Origin: Lachnospiraceae bacterium UBA7160 | GTDB lineage: Bacteria > Bacillota > Clostridia > Lachnospirales > Lachnospiraceae | Assembly: GCA_002491565.1 (NCBI GenBank) | Contig: DKWE01000060.1 | Location: 15,688-79,687, forward strand | Length of the DNA stretch: 64,000 bases | Reading direction: 5' to 3' | Notes under the pieces: model-generated | What the model was told of the DNA's origin: nothing | Database searches by the model: none | Seen by the model: the letters and a program-made list of their open reading frames with translations, nothing else | Part shown: piece by piece, positions 21,352-30,062 of the stretch | How positions within the stretch are numbered: the first letter of the stretch is position 1 | Layout of the letters: every line of letters starts with the position of its first letter | Program-made: the position numbers and the translations under genes

Positions 21352-22908
21352 ATGAAAAAGAAAGTAGTATCCGGACTTCTTGCTATGACGATGGCGGCTA
21401 CCATGCTTAGCAGCACTGCTTTTGCAGAGGAGTCCTCCGACAACAGCTACACAATGTTTATGAGAAATACCTATGCAGGCTGGATTAAGGAGCTGAACTG
21501 GTATGACGTTGCGGAGGAGCGCACAGGTATTCATGTGGAGTATGTGGAAGGACCGGATGAGTTCAGTGATGTGTACGCGGAGGTTGACCAGAGAATCATT
21601 TCCGATACACTTCCGGACGCGGTGATGACAAAGCTGGCGCAGACAAATGTATACGGACCGCAGGGCGCGTTCGCGGACCTGGCTCCGTACATAGAAAAAT
21701 ATGCGCCGAACCTTCAGAAATACATCGATGACAATCCGGATTATAAGGCTCTGGTATCAGATGAAAACGGCGCGATCTACGGGCTGGTAAAGGAATCTCC
21801 AATCTTTCAGGATTTCCTCGGGTATCGTGTAGATCATCTGGAAAAGGCAGGCATCGATGCAGCTTCTATTCAGACAGTGGATGACTTCACAGAAGCGATG
21901 CGGACCTTGAAGGAGTTTTACGGCAAAGACAACCCGAACTACTATCCGCTGACCGGGCGCGAGGGTGTGTTCCGCTTCGGTGCATGGTTCCAGTGTCTGA
22001 GCAGCGTTGGCGCTGAGGGCAGCCATGGTATTTATATCGCACACTGCAAGGACTATTCATTCGACATTATGAATGAGAATGCATATACGATGGTTGAAAC
22101 AATGAAGACCTGGTACGATGAAGGACTGCTTCAGCCGCAGTTTGCGGAGGGGACCTTTACAGAGGGCGACTGGGAAGCAGATATGATCAACGGCAACGGC
22201 ACCTTCTTCTATGATTATTACAACCGCGCAGAGTGGTTCATGGAGAACGGCGGCCCGGAGGCTGACCCGGATTACCAGATGGGCGTGCTGGACAACTTTA
22301 AGGATGCGGATGGAAATCTGATCGTTGGCGCAGGTACATGCAAGTACAACGAGGAGTGTGTGACGGCAGTCAATGCGAAGTGCGACGAAGAGAAGATTAA
22401 GACAATCCTGACCTTCATTGATTACTTCTATAGCGAAGAGGGTATCACGCTTGCAAATTACGGTGTCGAGGGGGAGAGCTACGAGGTAGCGGAAGACGGA
22501 ACCAAGCAGTTTATCGCAGACTATGCGACGGAAGAAGCAAAGCCGGAAGGGGAGAAGAAGTGGTCCTTCCTGAGCGACCGCTTCACAGTCTGCAAGCCGG
22601 TAGACAATGAGGCATTTTTCGCATGGAATGCTCCGCTGATCGCAGACGCCTGCAGCAAATACATGGTAGATGACCATATCCGCACGGGCGTGAACATGAC
22701 CTACACAGCGGAGGAGACCGAGGAGCTGGCGAATCTGGTAGCTACCGTATACGATGCAGAGATCGCAGGCATGACTGCATTCGTTACCGGAAGCAACGAG
22801 CTGAACGAAGAGAACTGGGCGGCATTCCAGGAAGAGATGAATGGCCTCGGATTGTCCAGAATTGAGGAGATTCAAACTGCATCCTACAACAGAATGTATA
22901 GTGAATAA
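21352..22908 (+). CDS. Carbohydrate ABC transporter substrate-binding protein (family 1, LplA-like)
   Basis: Signal peptide, DLAPYIEKYAPNL, NYGVEGESY motifs. Confidence 0.88.
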   Translation: MKKKVVSGLLAMTMAATMLSSTAFAEESSDNSYTMFMRNTYAGWIKELNWYDVAEERTGIHVEYVEGPDEFSDVYAEVDQRIISDTLPDAVMTKLAQTNVYGPQGAFADLAPYIEKYAPNLQKYIDDNPDYKALVSDENGAIYGLVKESPIFQDFLGYRVDHLEKAGIDAASIQTVDDFTEAMRTLKEFYGKDNPNYYPLTGREGVFRFGAWFQCLSSVGAEGSHGIYIAHCKDYSFDIMNENAYTMVETMKTWYDEGLLQPQFAEGTFTEGDWEADMINGNGTFFYDYYNRAEWFMENGGPEADPDYQMGVLDNFKDADGNLIVGAGTCKYNEECVTAVNAKCDEEKIKTILTFIDYFYSEEGITLANYGVEGESYEVAEDGTKQFIADYATEEAKPEGEKKWSFLSDRFTVCKPVDNEAFFAWNAPLIADACSKYMVDDHIRTGVNMTYTAEETEELANLVATVYDAEIAGMTAFVTGSNELNEENWAAFQEEMNGLGLSRIEEIQTASYNRMYSE

Positions 22909-22944
22909 GCCGTATAAGCTGGCGGGAAAGAGGTAACGCTTTAT

Positions 22945-23097
22945 CAGAAAGAGGGCTGCTGCTTTGCGTGAGTCTGTCCGATATCGGGTAGCCTGGGCAT
23001 TGCAGCAGCCCTCTTTCTGGAAAGTCCTGTCTGAAAATTAATTTCTGCGGCTGATGGTAAGGAGCCATATGAACCGCAGAAATTAGTTTTCAGGCAG
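22945..23097. repeat. Two tandem long hairpins after the SBP gene
   Basis: CAGAAAGAGGGCTGCTGC/GCAGCAGCCCTCTTTCTG and CTGAAAATTAATTTCTGCGG/CCGCAGAAATTAGTTTTCAG. Confidence 0.75.
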
Positions 23098-23149
23098 CTT
23101 GTACGTATGGAGGCTGAGAGGCGGACAGCAGTGAGAAAGGAGCTATAGG

Positions 23150-24118
23150 ATGTCACGAAAAAGAGGAAAAGCGGCTGTGGCAGTGCAGAACCGGAAGAGT
23201 CTTCCGCAGCGCATCAAAAAGGACCTGAAGCGAAACTGGATTCTGTATCTTTTGCTTTTGCCGGGCGTGCTCAGTCTGATTTTGTTTAAGATCGGGCCGG
23301 TGGGCGGCATGGTAATCGCGTTTGAAAAATTCAGTGCATTTCAGGGGATATTTGGAAGCAAATGGGTAGGACTGGACAATTTTGTTAAGATTTTTAAGGA
23401 TCCGTATATTCCGAAGGTAATTGGAAACACAATTATTCTTGCGGTGCTTTCTGTGGTCGTTGTATTCCCGTTCCCGATTATTTTTTCCCTGTTTTTAAAT
23501 GAGGTGAAGCAGAAGAAAATCCGCAGTACGGTGCAATCTTTAAGCTTTCTGCCGTATTTCATTTCCGCGGCAGTCATGGTCAGTATCCTGTATCAGCTGA
23601 TGAGCCCGACCTCCGGACTGGTGAACAATATTATCCGCAGCTTTGGCGGAAAAGCGACGAATTTTATGGCAAAGCCAGAATGGTTCCGGCCATTGTATGT
23701 GCTCCTTGAGATCTGGCAGACATTCGGCTATTCCGCAATTATCTATATCGCTGCGATTAACAATATCGATCAGGAGCTGTATGAGGCAGCGGAGGTAGAC
23801 GGCGCGAATCGCTGGGACAAAATGTTCCGCATCACGCTTCCGTGCATCTCAACGTCAATTATCGTCATGCTGATTATCAGTGTCGGAAATATCTTTACGG
23901 TCAATCTCGACCGGATCCTGTTGATGTACAATCCGAGCGTGTATGAGACAGCGGATGTGATCCAGACGTACGTGTACCGGATCGCGTTTGAGTCGAAGGG
24001 CTTCCCGGATTACAGCTATGGCACGGCGGTGAATCTGCTGAAATCAGTCATTGCGTTTGTGCTGGTAATGGCGGTCAATAAGCTTGCGGATAAATTTGCA
24101 GAGACGCGTCTGTTCTAA
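23150..24118 (+). CDS. Carbohydrate ABC transporter permease (LplB-like)
   Basis: SKWVGLDNF, LYEAAEVDGA EAA loop. Confidence 0.92.
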   Translation: MSRKRGKAAVAVQNRKSLPQRIKKDLKRNWILYLLLLPGVLSLILFKIGPVGGMVIAFEKFSAFQGIFGSKWVGLDNFVKIFKDPYIPKVIGNTIILAVLSVVVVFPFPIIFSLFLNEVKQKKIRSTVQSLSFLPYFISAAVMVSILYQLMSPTSGLVNNIIRSFGGKATNFMAKPEWFRPLYVLLEIWQTFGYSAIIYIAAINNIDQELYEAAEVDGANRWDKMFRITLPCISTSIIVMLIISVGNIFTVNLDRILLMYNPSVYETADVIQTYVYRIAFESKGFPDYSYGTAVNLLKSVIAFVLVMAVNKLADKFAETRLF

Positions 24119-24135
24119 AATAGTAGGAGGAAATT

Positions 24136-25017
24136 ATGCGAAAGAAAAAGAAAATTCCGGTGTTTGATTTTGTGAACAATACGATCCTTCTGCTGGTAGG
24201 GCTCGTCTGTGTCTATCCGTTTTTGTATGTCCTGTTTACCGCATGCAGCGACGGTGCGTTTTTGCAGAGGGGCGAGGTCAGCTTTCTGCCGAAGGGATTT
24301 CACCTGGAGGCATTTAAGTACATTATGGGCAGCTCCAAATTTCATGTGTGGAGCGGACTGAGAAATTCCTTTCTCTATACAATCGGGGGTACGGCAATAT
24401 CAATCTTTCTGACGTACATTACGGCATATGCACTTTCCAGAGAGCGCGTGAAGGGTCGGTATTTCCTGATGGGTGCGTTCATTGTGACCTGGGTGTTTGA
24501 TGCGGGAATTATTCCACAGTACATTATCTATAATCAGCTCGGCTTTATCGATAATCCGTGGGTCATGATCATTCCCGGTGCGATCAATACGCAGTTTTTG
24601 ATTATTACAAAGACATTCATCGAGGGCATACCAAAGGAGCTTGAGGAGGCAGCATTTGTAGACGGTGCAAATGACTGGACAGTGCTTACCCGAATCTTTT
24701 TCCCATTGTCCAAGACGATTGTGGCGACGATCGGCACTTTCTACGCGGTATCGATCTGGAACCAGTACCTGATTCCCCAGATTTATCTGAAGTCGGACCA
24801 GTATAAGGTGATCCAGCAGGTGCTGAAGGAGGTCGTCATCACCGATGCAGGCGCGAGCACCGCATTCAAAAACGTCATGGTAAACGGGATCACACTGAAC
24901 CAGCAGAATCTGAAGGCGGCAGCGATCTTTATTGCGATGCTCCCGATCGTGCTGGTGTACCCGTTTGTACAGAAATACTTTAAGAAGGGGATTATGATCG
25001 GGGCGGTGAAGGGCTGA
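24136..25017 (+). CDS. Carbohydrate ABC transporter permease (LplC-like)
   Basis: LEEAAFVDGA, YPFVQKYFKKGIMIGAVKG. Confidence 0.92.
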   Translation: MRKKKKIPVFDFVNNTILLLVGLVCVYPFLYVLFTACSDGAFLQRGEVSFLPKGFHLEAFKYIMGSSKFHVWSGLRNSFLYTIGGTAISIFLTYITAYALSRERVKGRYFLMGAFIVTWVFDAGIIPQYIIYNQLGFIDNPWVMIIPGAINTQFLIITKTFIEGIPKELEEAAFVDGANDWTVLTRIFFPLSKTIVATIGTFYAVSIWNQYLIPQIYLKSDQYKVIQQVLKEVVITDAGASTAFKNVMVNGITLNQQNLKAAAIFIAMLPIVLVYPFVQKYFKKGIMIGAVKG

Positions 25018-25159
25018 GCGCCGGATTCGATTTGCAGAAATGATGAAGGCTTGCGGGCTGCATCAGATTTGTGGCGCGCAGCGCCGAATGTACGCGGTCT
25101 GCAGACATCTGCAGGAGGAGCCTGCAGGTTCTGCGCGAAGGAAGGGAAGGAGGAGTCTC

Positions 25160-26326
25160 ATGAGAGAATATATCGAACTGAATACATTGAAAGAGGATGG
25201 AAGACTGTATCACAACAATCTTTTGGACAGTGTGGAGGCACTGATTCCGAACCAGTTTGCGTCAGTGCATGCGGCAGATCTGCTGGAACTGCCGAACGGA
25301 GATCTGCTTGCGTGCTGGTTTGCCGGAAGCGATGAGGGAAATGCCGATATCAGCATTGCACTGTCGAGGCTGAAAGCGGGTGAGAGCCAGTGGAGCGCAG
25401 GAGAGATTGTCTCGGATGACCCGACACGCTCGGAGCAGAATCCATCGCTGTTTCTCACACCGAACGGGGAGATCTGGCTGATGTATACCGCACAGGTTTC
25501 CAGGACGCCGGAGTACAGTCCGAATTTTAATCTCCAGTATACGGCAGAGATACGAAGGAAGATTTCGAAGGACAATGGCTATACGTGGGGGCCGACGGAG
25601 ACCATGTTTTCGCGGCCGGGGTCCTTCTGCCGCCAGAAGATTCAGGTACTCTCAAATGGCAGATGGATTTTTGGAAACTGGATCTGCTTTCCGGATGAGA
25701 CCCGCAATGGGAGTGATATCACGGTGGTGCAGATCTCGGATGACGAGGGAAAAACGTGGCGCAGCGTGGAAATTCCGGACAGTGCCGGGCGCGTGCATGC
25801 GAACCTGATTGAGACGGAAGCGGGAAAGATTACAGCAATTTTTCGCAGCCGGTTTGCGGACAATATTTACATTGCCTACAGTGAGGACTATGGCGATACG
25901 TGGACCAGCCCGGTGCGCACCTGCCTGCCGAACAATAATTCGTCCATTTCCGCGGTGAAGCTGCAAAGCGGCGCACTGGCGCTGATCTACAACGCGCTTC
26001 GCTTTAACGACGACATGACGCGGACGGTATGGCCGAATCAGAGATGTCCGGTGACGTTTGCAATTTCAGATGACGGAGGAAAAACATGGCCGTACAAGCG
26101 CATCATTGAGATGGGGGAGGGCTTTGTCGGAGAATACAACGATATCAACAACCGCAGGTATGAATACCCGGTGATGATGCAGGGCCGTGACGGGAAAATT
26201 CATGCAGCATACAGCTTTGGGAGCCGCAGGTGCGTGAAATATGTCTGTGTGGATGAAACCTGGATCCGTGGCGAGAAAATGCTCCCGGGAGCGGAGGGGG
26301 ACCCTGCTATGCCTTGTCAGAGATGA
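25160..26326 (+). CDS. Cytoplasmic BNR/Asp-box sialidase-fold glycoside hydrolase
   Basis: Asp-boxes SKDNGYTW, SDDEGKTW, SEDYGDTW, SDDGGKTW; YEYP; no signal peptide; start MREYI after AGGAG. Confidence 0.85.
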   Translation: MREYIELNTLKEDGRLYHNNLLDSVEALIPNQFASVHAADLLELPNGDLLACWFAGSDEGNADISIALSRLKAGESQWSAGEIVSDDPTRSEQNPSLFLTPNGEIWLMYTAQVSRTPEYSPNFNLQYTAEIRRKISKDNGYTWGPTETMFSRPGSFCRQKIQVLSNGRWIFGNWICFPDETRNGSDITVVQISDDEGKTWRSVEIPDSAGRVHANLIETEAGKITAIFRSRFADNIYIAYSEDYGDTWTSPVRTCLPNNNSSISAVKLQSGALALIYNALRFNDDMTRTVWPNQRCPVTFAISDDGGKTWPYKRIIEMGEGFVGEYNDINNRRYEYPVMMQGRDGKIHAAYSFGSRRCVKYVCVDETWIRGEKMLPGAEGDPAMPCQR

Positions 26327-26460
26327 CAGGTGAAGCGGTAAAATGGCAGGCGTGCTGGAGAAAATACAGGCGAAGCGCGGAATGACAAGGGCGTCAGAGG
26401 CAACACCGAGGAAGCGCTGGAATAGCAGGCGTGCCGGAGAAAATATGAGGAGGAATCTTG

Positions 26461-27618
26461 ATGGCAGTGTATCAGATAAAAATTCCGTCCTGCATGTATG
26501 CAGGAGAAGGCAGCATCGAAAAAATTTGTGAGATCATTGCGCGGGAACAGGCAAAATCAATTCTGGTCTTTACGGATCCGGGCATTCGTGCGACGGGGCT
26601 TCTGAAGCTTTTGACGGAACAGCTTGACGCGGCCGGTGTTGCATACCGTGTATTTGACGATCTGAAGGCAGAGCCTGCGTACACAGATGTGGAGCGGGTG
26701 GTTGCGCAGGCGGAAGCGTTTGCAGGGGATTTGATTGTAGCGCTCGGCGGAGGCAGCGTGATGGATGCGGCAAAGCTGACGGCAGTGCTGTACCATGCGC
26801 CGTATACGATCCGTGACCTGCTGGAAAATCCAGCGCAGGCGTGCAGACAGATGAAATCTGTCATGATTCCTACGACATGCGGCACCGGAGCGGAGGCAAC
26901 GTGCAATGCGATTGTCGCGATTCCGGAGGAACAATCCAAGAAGGGGATTGTCAATGACAACATGATTCCGGATTATGTAATTCTGGACGCACAGATGATC
27001 CGCCGCCTACCTAAAGCAATTGTGGCGGCGACTGGGGTGGATGCGCTGGCGCATGTGGTAGAGTGCTTTACATCGAAAAAGGCAACACCGCTGAGCGACA
27101 CCTATGCAAAGGCAGGGGCAGAGCTGATCTTTGGCAATATCCGCAGAGCATACGAGGATCCGGATGATATGGAAGCAAAGAGCTGGATGCTGCTCGGCGC
27201 GTATTATGGCGGAGTGGCGATCACGGCGAGCGGGACGACAGCAGTTCACGCACTTTCCTATCCGCTGGGCGGACGGTATCACATCGCGCACGGCGTATCA
27301 AATGCAATCCTGTTTGCGCATGTAATGGAGTTTAATATGGAGGCATGCCAGGAACAGCTTGCCCGTCTTTCCGATGCGGTGAATCCGGGGATAGCGCGAA
27401 AAAGCACACAGGAAAAGGCAAAATACCTCATTGATGAGATTGCGGATATCGTGCGGGTGACAGAAATTCCGACAGATCTGGTGCGATTTGGAGTAAAGAG
27501 GGAGGACCTGGATTTCCTCGTGGATGCGGGGAGCCGGCAGACACGGCTGCTGGTGAATAACCGGAGGGAGCTTTCGCTGACAGATATCCGGTCGATATAT
27601 GAAAAAGTGCTGCGGTAG
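26461..27618 (+). CDS. Iron-containing alcohol dehydrogenase
   Basis: GGGSVMD, PTTCGTGAE, DALAH, VHALSY, HIAHG. Confidence 0.92.
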   Translation: MAVYQIKIPSCMYAGEGSIEKICEIIAREQAKSILVFTDPGIRATGLLKLLTEQLDAAGVAYRVFDDLKAEPAYTDVERVVAQAEAFAGDLIVALGGGSVMDAAKLTAVLYHAPYTIRDLLENPAQACRQMKSVMIPTTCGTGAEATCNAIVAIPEEQSKKGIVNDNMIPDYVILDAQMIRRLPKAIVAATGVDALAHVVECFTSKKATPLSDTYAKAGAELIFGNIRRAYEDPDDMEAKSWMLLGAYYGGVAITASGTTAVHALSYPLGGRYHIAHGVSNAILFAHVMEFNMEACQEQLARLSDAVNPGIARKSTQEKAKYLIDEIADIVRVTEIPTDLVRFGVKREDLDFLVDAGSRQTRLLVNNRRELSLTDIRSIYEKVLR

Positions 27619-27639
27619 CACGGTCAGGAGGAGAACAGG

Positions 27640-28695
27640 ATGCTAAGACCGATTTTGGGAATTACAATGGGGGATCCGGCGGGAAACGGGCCGGAGCTCT
27701 CGGTGAAGGCGCTGGCAAAGGCAGAGACGTATGAGAAATGCCGTCCAATCATCATTGGGGATGCGAACTGCATGGAGATGGCTGTGGCAGTTACCGGAAA
27801 TCAGGAGAAGGTCCGTATTCGCCCGGTCCACAGTGTGAGAGAGGCAAAATTTGAGTATGGGGTAATCGATGTGCTGGATCTGGGTCTGGTGGATATCGGA
27901 AAGCGTCAGTACGGCAAGGTGTCGGCAATGTGCGGGGAAGCAGCATTCCAGTATGTAAAAAGAGTGATTGAGCTTGCGATGGCGGGAGAGGTAGATGCGA
28001 CGGTGACGAATGCGCTGAATAAGGAAGCGATCAACCTGGCAGGACATCACTATTCCGGTCACACGGAAATCTATGCGCATTATACGAATACGCCGAAGTA
28101 CACGATGATGCTGGCGCATGAGGGACTGCGTGTCGTCCATGTATCGACACACGTATCTCTGCGTCAGGCATGTGATCTTGTGAAGAAAGAGCGCGTACTC
28201 GATGTAATCCGGATTGCGGATGAAGGGTGCCGGGCGCTTGGAATAAAGGAGCCGAAGATCGGTGTTGCCGGGCTGAATCCACACTGTGGGGAGAATGGCA
28301 TGTTCGGAACGGAGGAGATCGAGGAGATCCAGCCGGCAATTGACGCGGCACTTGCGGAGGGGATCAACATTCCGGAGAGAAAGCCGACACCTCCGGATAC
28401 CGTTTTTTCAAAGGCACTCGGCGGGTGGTATGATATTGTCGTGGTAATGTATCATGATCAGGGGCATATTCCGTTAAAAGTAAAAGGTTTCGTTTACAAT
28501 CAGGAGCGGAAACGCTGGGATGCGGTTGCAGGCGTCAATGTGACGCTTGGTCTTCCGATTATTCGTGCTTCTGTAGACCATGGCACAGGCTTCGGGCATG
28601 CGGGAGATGGCAGCGCAAATGAGCTGAGCCTTGTCAATGCGATGGACTATGCGATTGTGATGGCGAACGCGAAGGCAGAAAAGGACACCAGATAA
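27640..28695 (+). CDS. pdxA2: PdxA-family 4-phospho-tetronate dehydrogenase (PdxA2-like)
   Basis: ITMGDPAG, GHTE, GLNPHCGE, MYHDQGHIP, SVDHGT; adjacent to a DUF1537 kinase. Confidence 0.85.
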   Translation: MLRPILGITMGDPAGNGPELSVKALAKAETYEKCRPIIIGDANCMEMAVAVTGNQEKVRIRPVHSVREAKFEYGVIDVLDLGLVDIGKRQYGKVSAMCGEAAFQYVKRVIELAMAGEVDATVTNALNKEAINLAGHHYSGHTEIYAHYTNTPKYTMMLAHEGLRVVHVSTHVSLRQACDLVKKERVLDVIRIADEGCRALGIKEPKIGVAGLNPHCGENGMFGTEEIEEIQPAIDAALAEGINIPERKPTPPDTVFSKALGGWYDIVVVMYHDQGHIPLKVKGFVYNQERKRWDAVAGVNVTLGLPIIRASVDHGTGFGHAGDGSANELSLVNAMDYAIVMANAKAEKDTR

Positions 28696-28709
28696 ATTGG
28701 AGGTGGCCT

Positions 28710-29963
28710 ATGTTGAAGTTGTTGATCATTGCGGATGATTTTACAGGAGCGCTGGACAATGCGGTTCAGTTTGTGAAAAAGGGAATTGAGACACAGGTAG
28801 TGACCGGAGCGCAGCTTGACCGGACCGCAATTTCCGCGACTGCACAGGTGCTTGTGGTCGATTCAGAGACACGGCCGATGTCTGCGGCGGATGCTTACCA
28901 CTCTGTGATGAGGATTGTCCGGCAGGGGATCCGGATGGGTGTGAAAGTGATTTATAAGAAGACGGATTCTGCGCTGCGCGGCAATGTTGGAAGCGAGCTT
29001 TCCGCGGTTTTGGATGCGACCGGGGGAAAGCGGATTTACTTCATCCCCGCGTTTCCAGCAGTGCGCCGGATAACGCTCAAAGGAGTGCACTATATTGACG
29101 GCGTGCGCCTGGAGGAGAGCAGCTTCGGACAGGACCCATTTGACCCGATGGACTGCTCTTCTGTGCCGGAGATTCTGGCACGTCAGACGGAGAAACCGGT
29201 GATCTCTGTCTCTGTGGGAGAGCCGATACCGCGGCAGAGAGCCGGGCAGGAGATCCTGGTATTTGATGCACTGAAGGATGGAGATATCCTGACACGCGTC
29301 GAGGAGCTGCGCCGCAGGGGAGAGTTGTGTCTGCTGGCAGGATGTGCCGGGTTCGCTTCATTTCTTCCGGATGCACTTGGGCTGACAGGAAATTACCGGG
29401 GCGAAGTGCGCAAGTCAAAGTGTTTTTATGTAGCGTGCGGCAGTCTGAACCCGATTACACGGGAACAGCTGCGGTATGCACAGGAAAACGGGTTTTACCG
29501 GGGCACACTGACGCCGGAGCAGAAACTCTGGCCGGAGTACTACGAGACGGAGCAGGGAGGCAGGTTTCTGCAGCGCCTGACCGGGATTTGCCAGAGCAGA
29601 CGGCTTGTAGAGATGGACAGTTTTGATCCGGATGGGCAGGAAACCACGGATGAGTATGCGGCACGGTTTGGAATTGGAAATGAGGAAATCCGTTTTTCTG
29701 TGAGCGCCTGTCATGGAAGAATTGTGCGGCATTTGTTAGAGCAGAATATGGATATGACGGTGCTGATGACAGGCGGCGATACGCTGATGGGGTTTATGAA
29801 GGAAATCGGGGTCAACCAGCTTACACCTGTCGCGGAGGTAGGGCAGGGAACTGTGCTGTCACAGCTTTTATGGAAGGGGAAGGTATTGCAGGTGATTTCG
29901 AAATCTGGGGGATTTGGAGATGAAGCGGTACTGGTGAAAATTGCGCAGCAGGTGGTCGCATAG
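28710..29963 (+). CDS. Four-carbon acid sugar kinase (DUF1537, DtnK/DenK-like)
   Basis: IIADDFTGA, YKKTDSALRGN, TGGDT, KSGGFG. Confidence 0.9.
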   Translation: MLKLLIIADDFTGALDNAVQFVKKGIETQVVTGAQLDRTAISATAQVLVVDSETRPMSAADAYHSVMRIVRQGIRMGVKVIYKKTDSALRGNVGSELSAVLDATGGKRIYFIPAFPAVRRITLKGVHYIDGVRLEESSFGQDPFDPMDCSSVPEILARQTEKPVISVSVGEPIPRQRAGQEILVFDALKDGDILTRVEELRRRGELCLLAGCAGFASFLPDALGLTGNYRGEVRKSKCFYVACGSLNPITREQLRYAQENGFYRGTLTPEQKLWPEYYETEQGGRFLQRLTGICQSRRLVEMDSFDPDGQETTDEYAARFGIGNEEIRFSVSACHGRIVRHLLEQNMDMTVLMTGGDTLMGFMKEIGVNQLTPVAEVGQGTVLSQLLWKGKVLQVISKSGGFGDEAVLVKIAQQVVA

Positions 29964-30062
29964 CAGGAGAATGGCCTGACTGGAAATCGCGGGAGTACCG
30001 GACCGGGGAAAAGCAGAGAGGCGGCTGATGAGAAAAGCGCAGGACGAGGAGGCGGAAAAATA

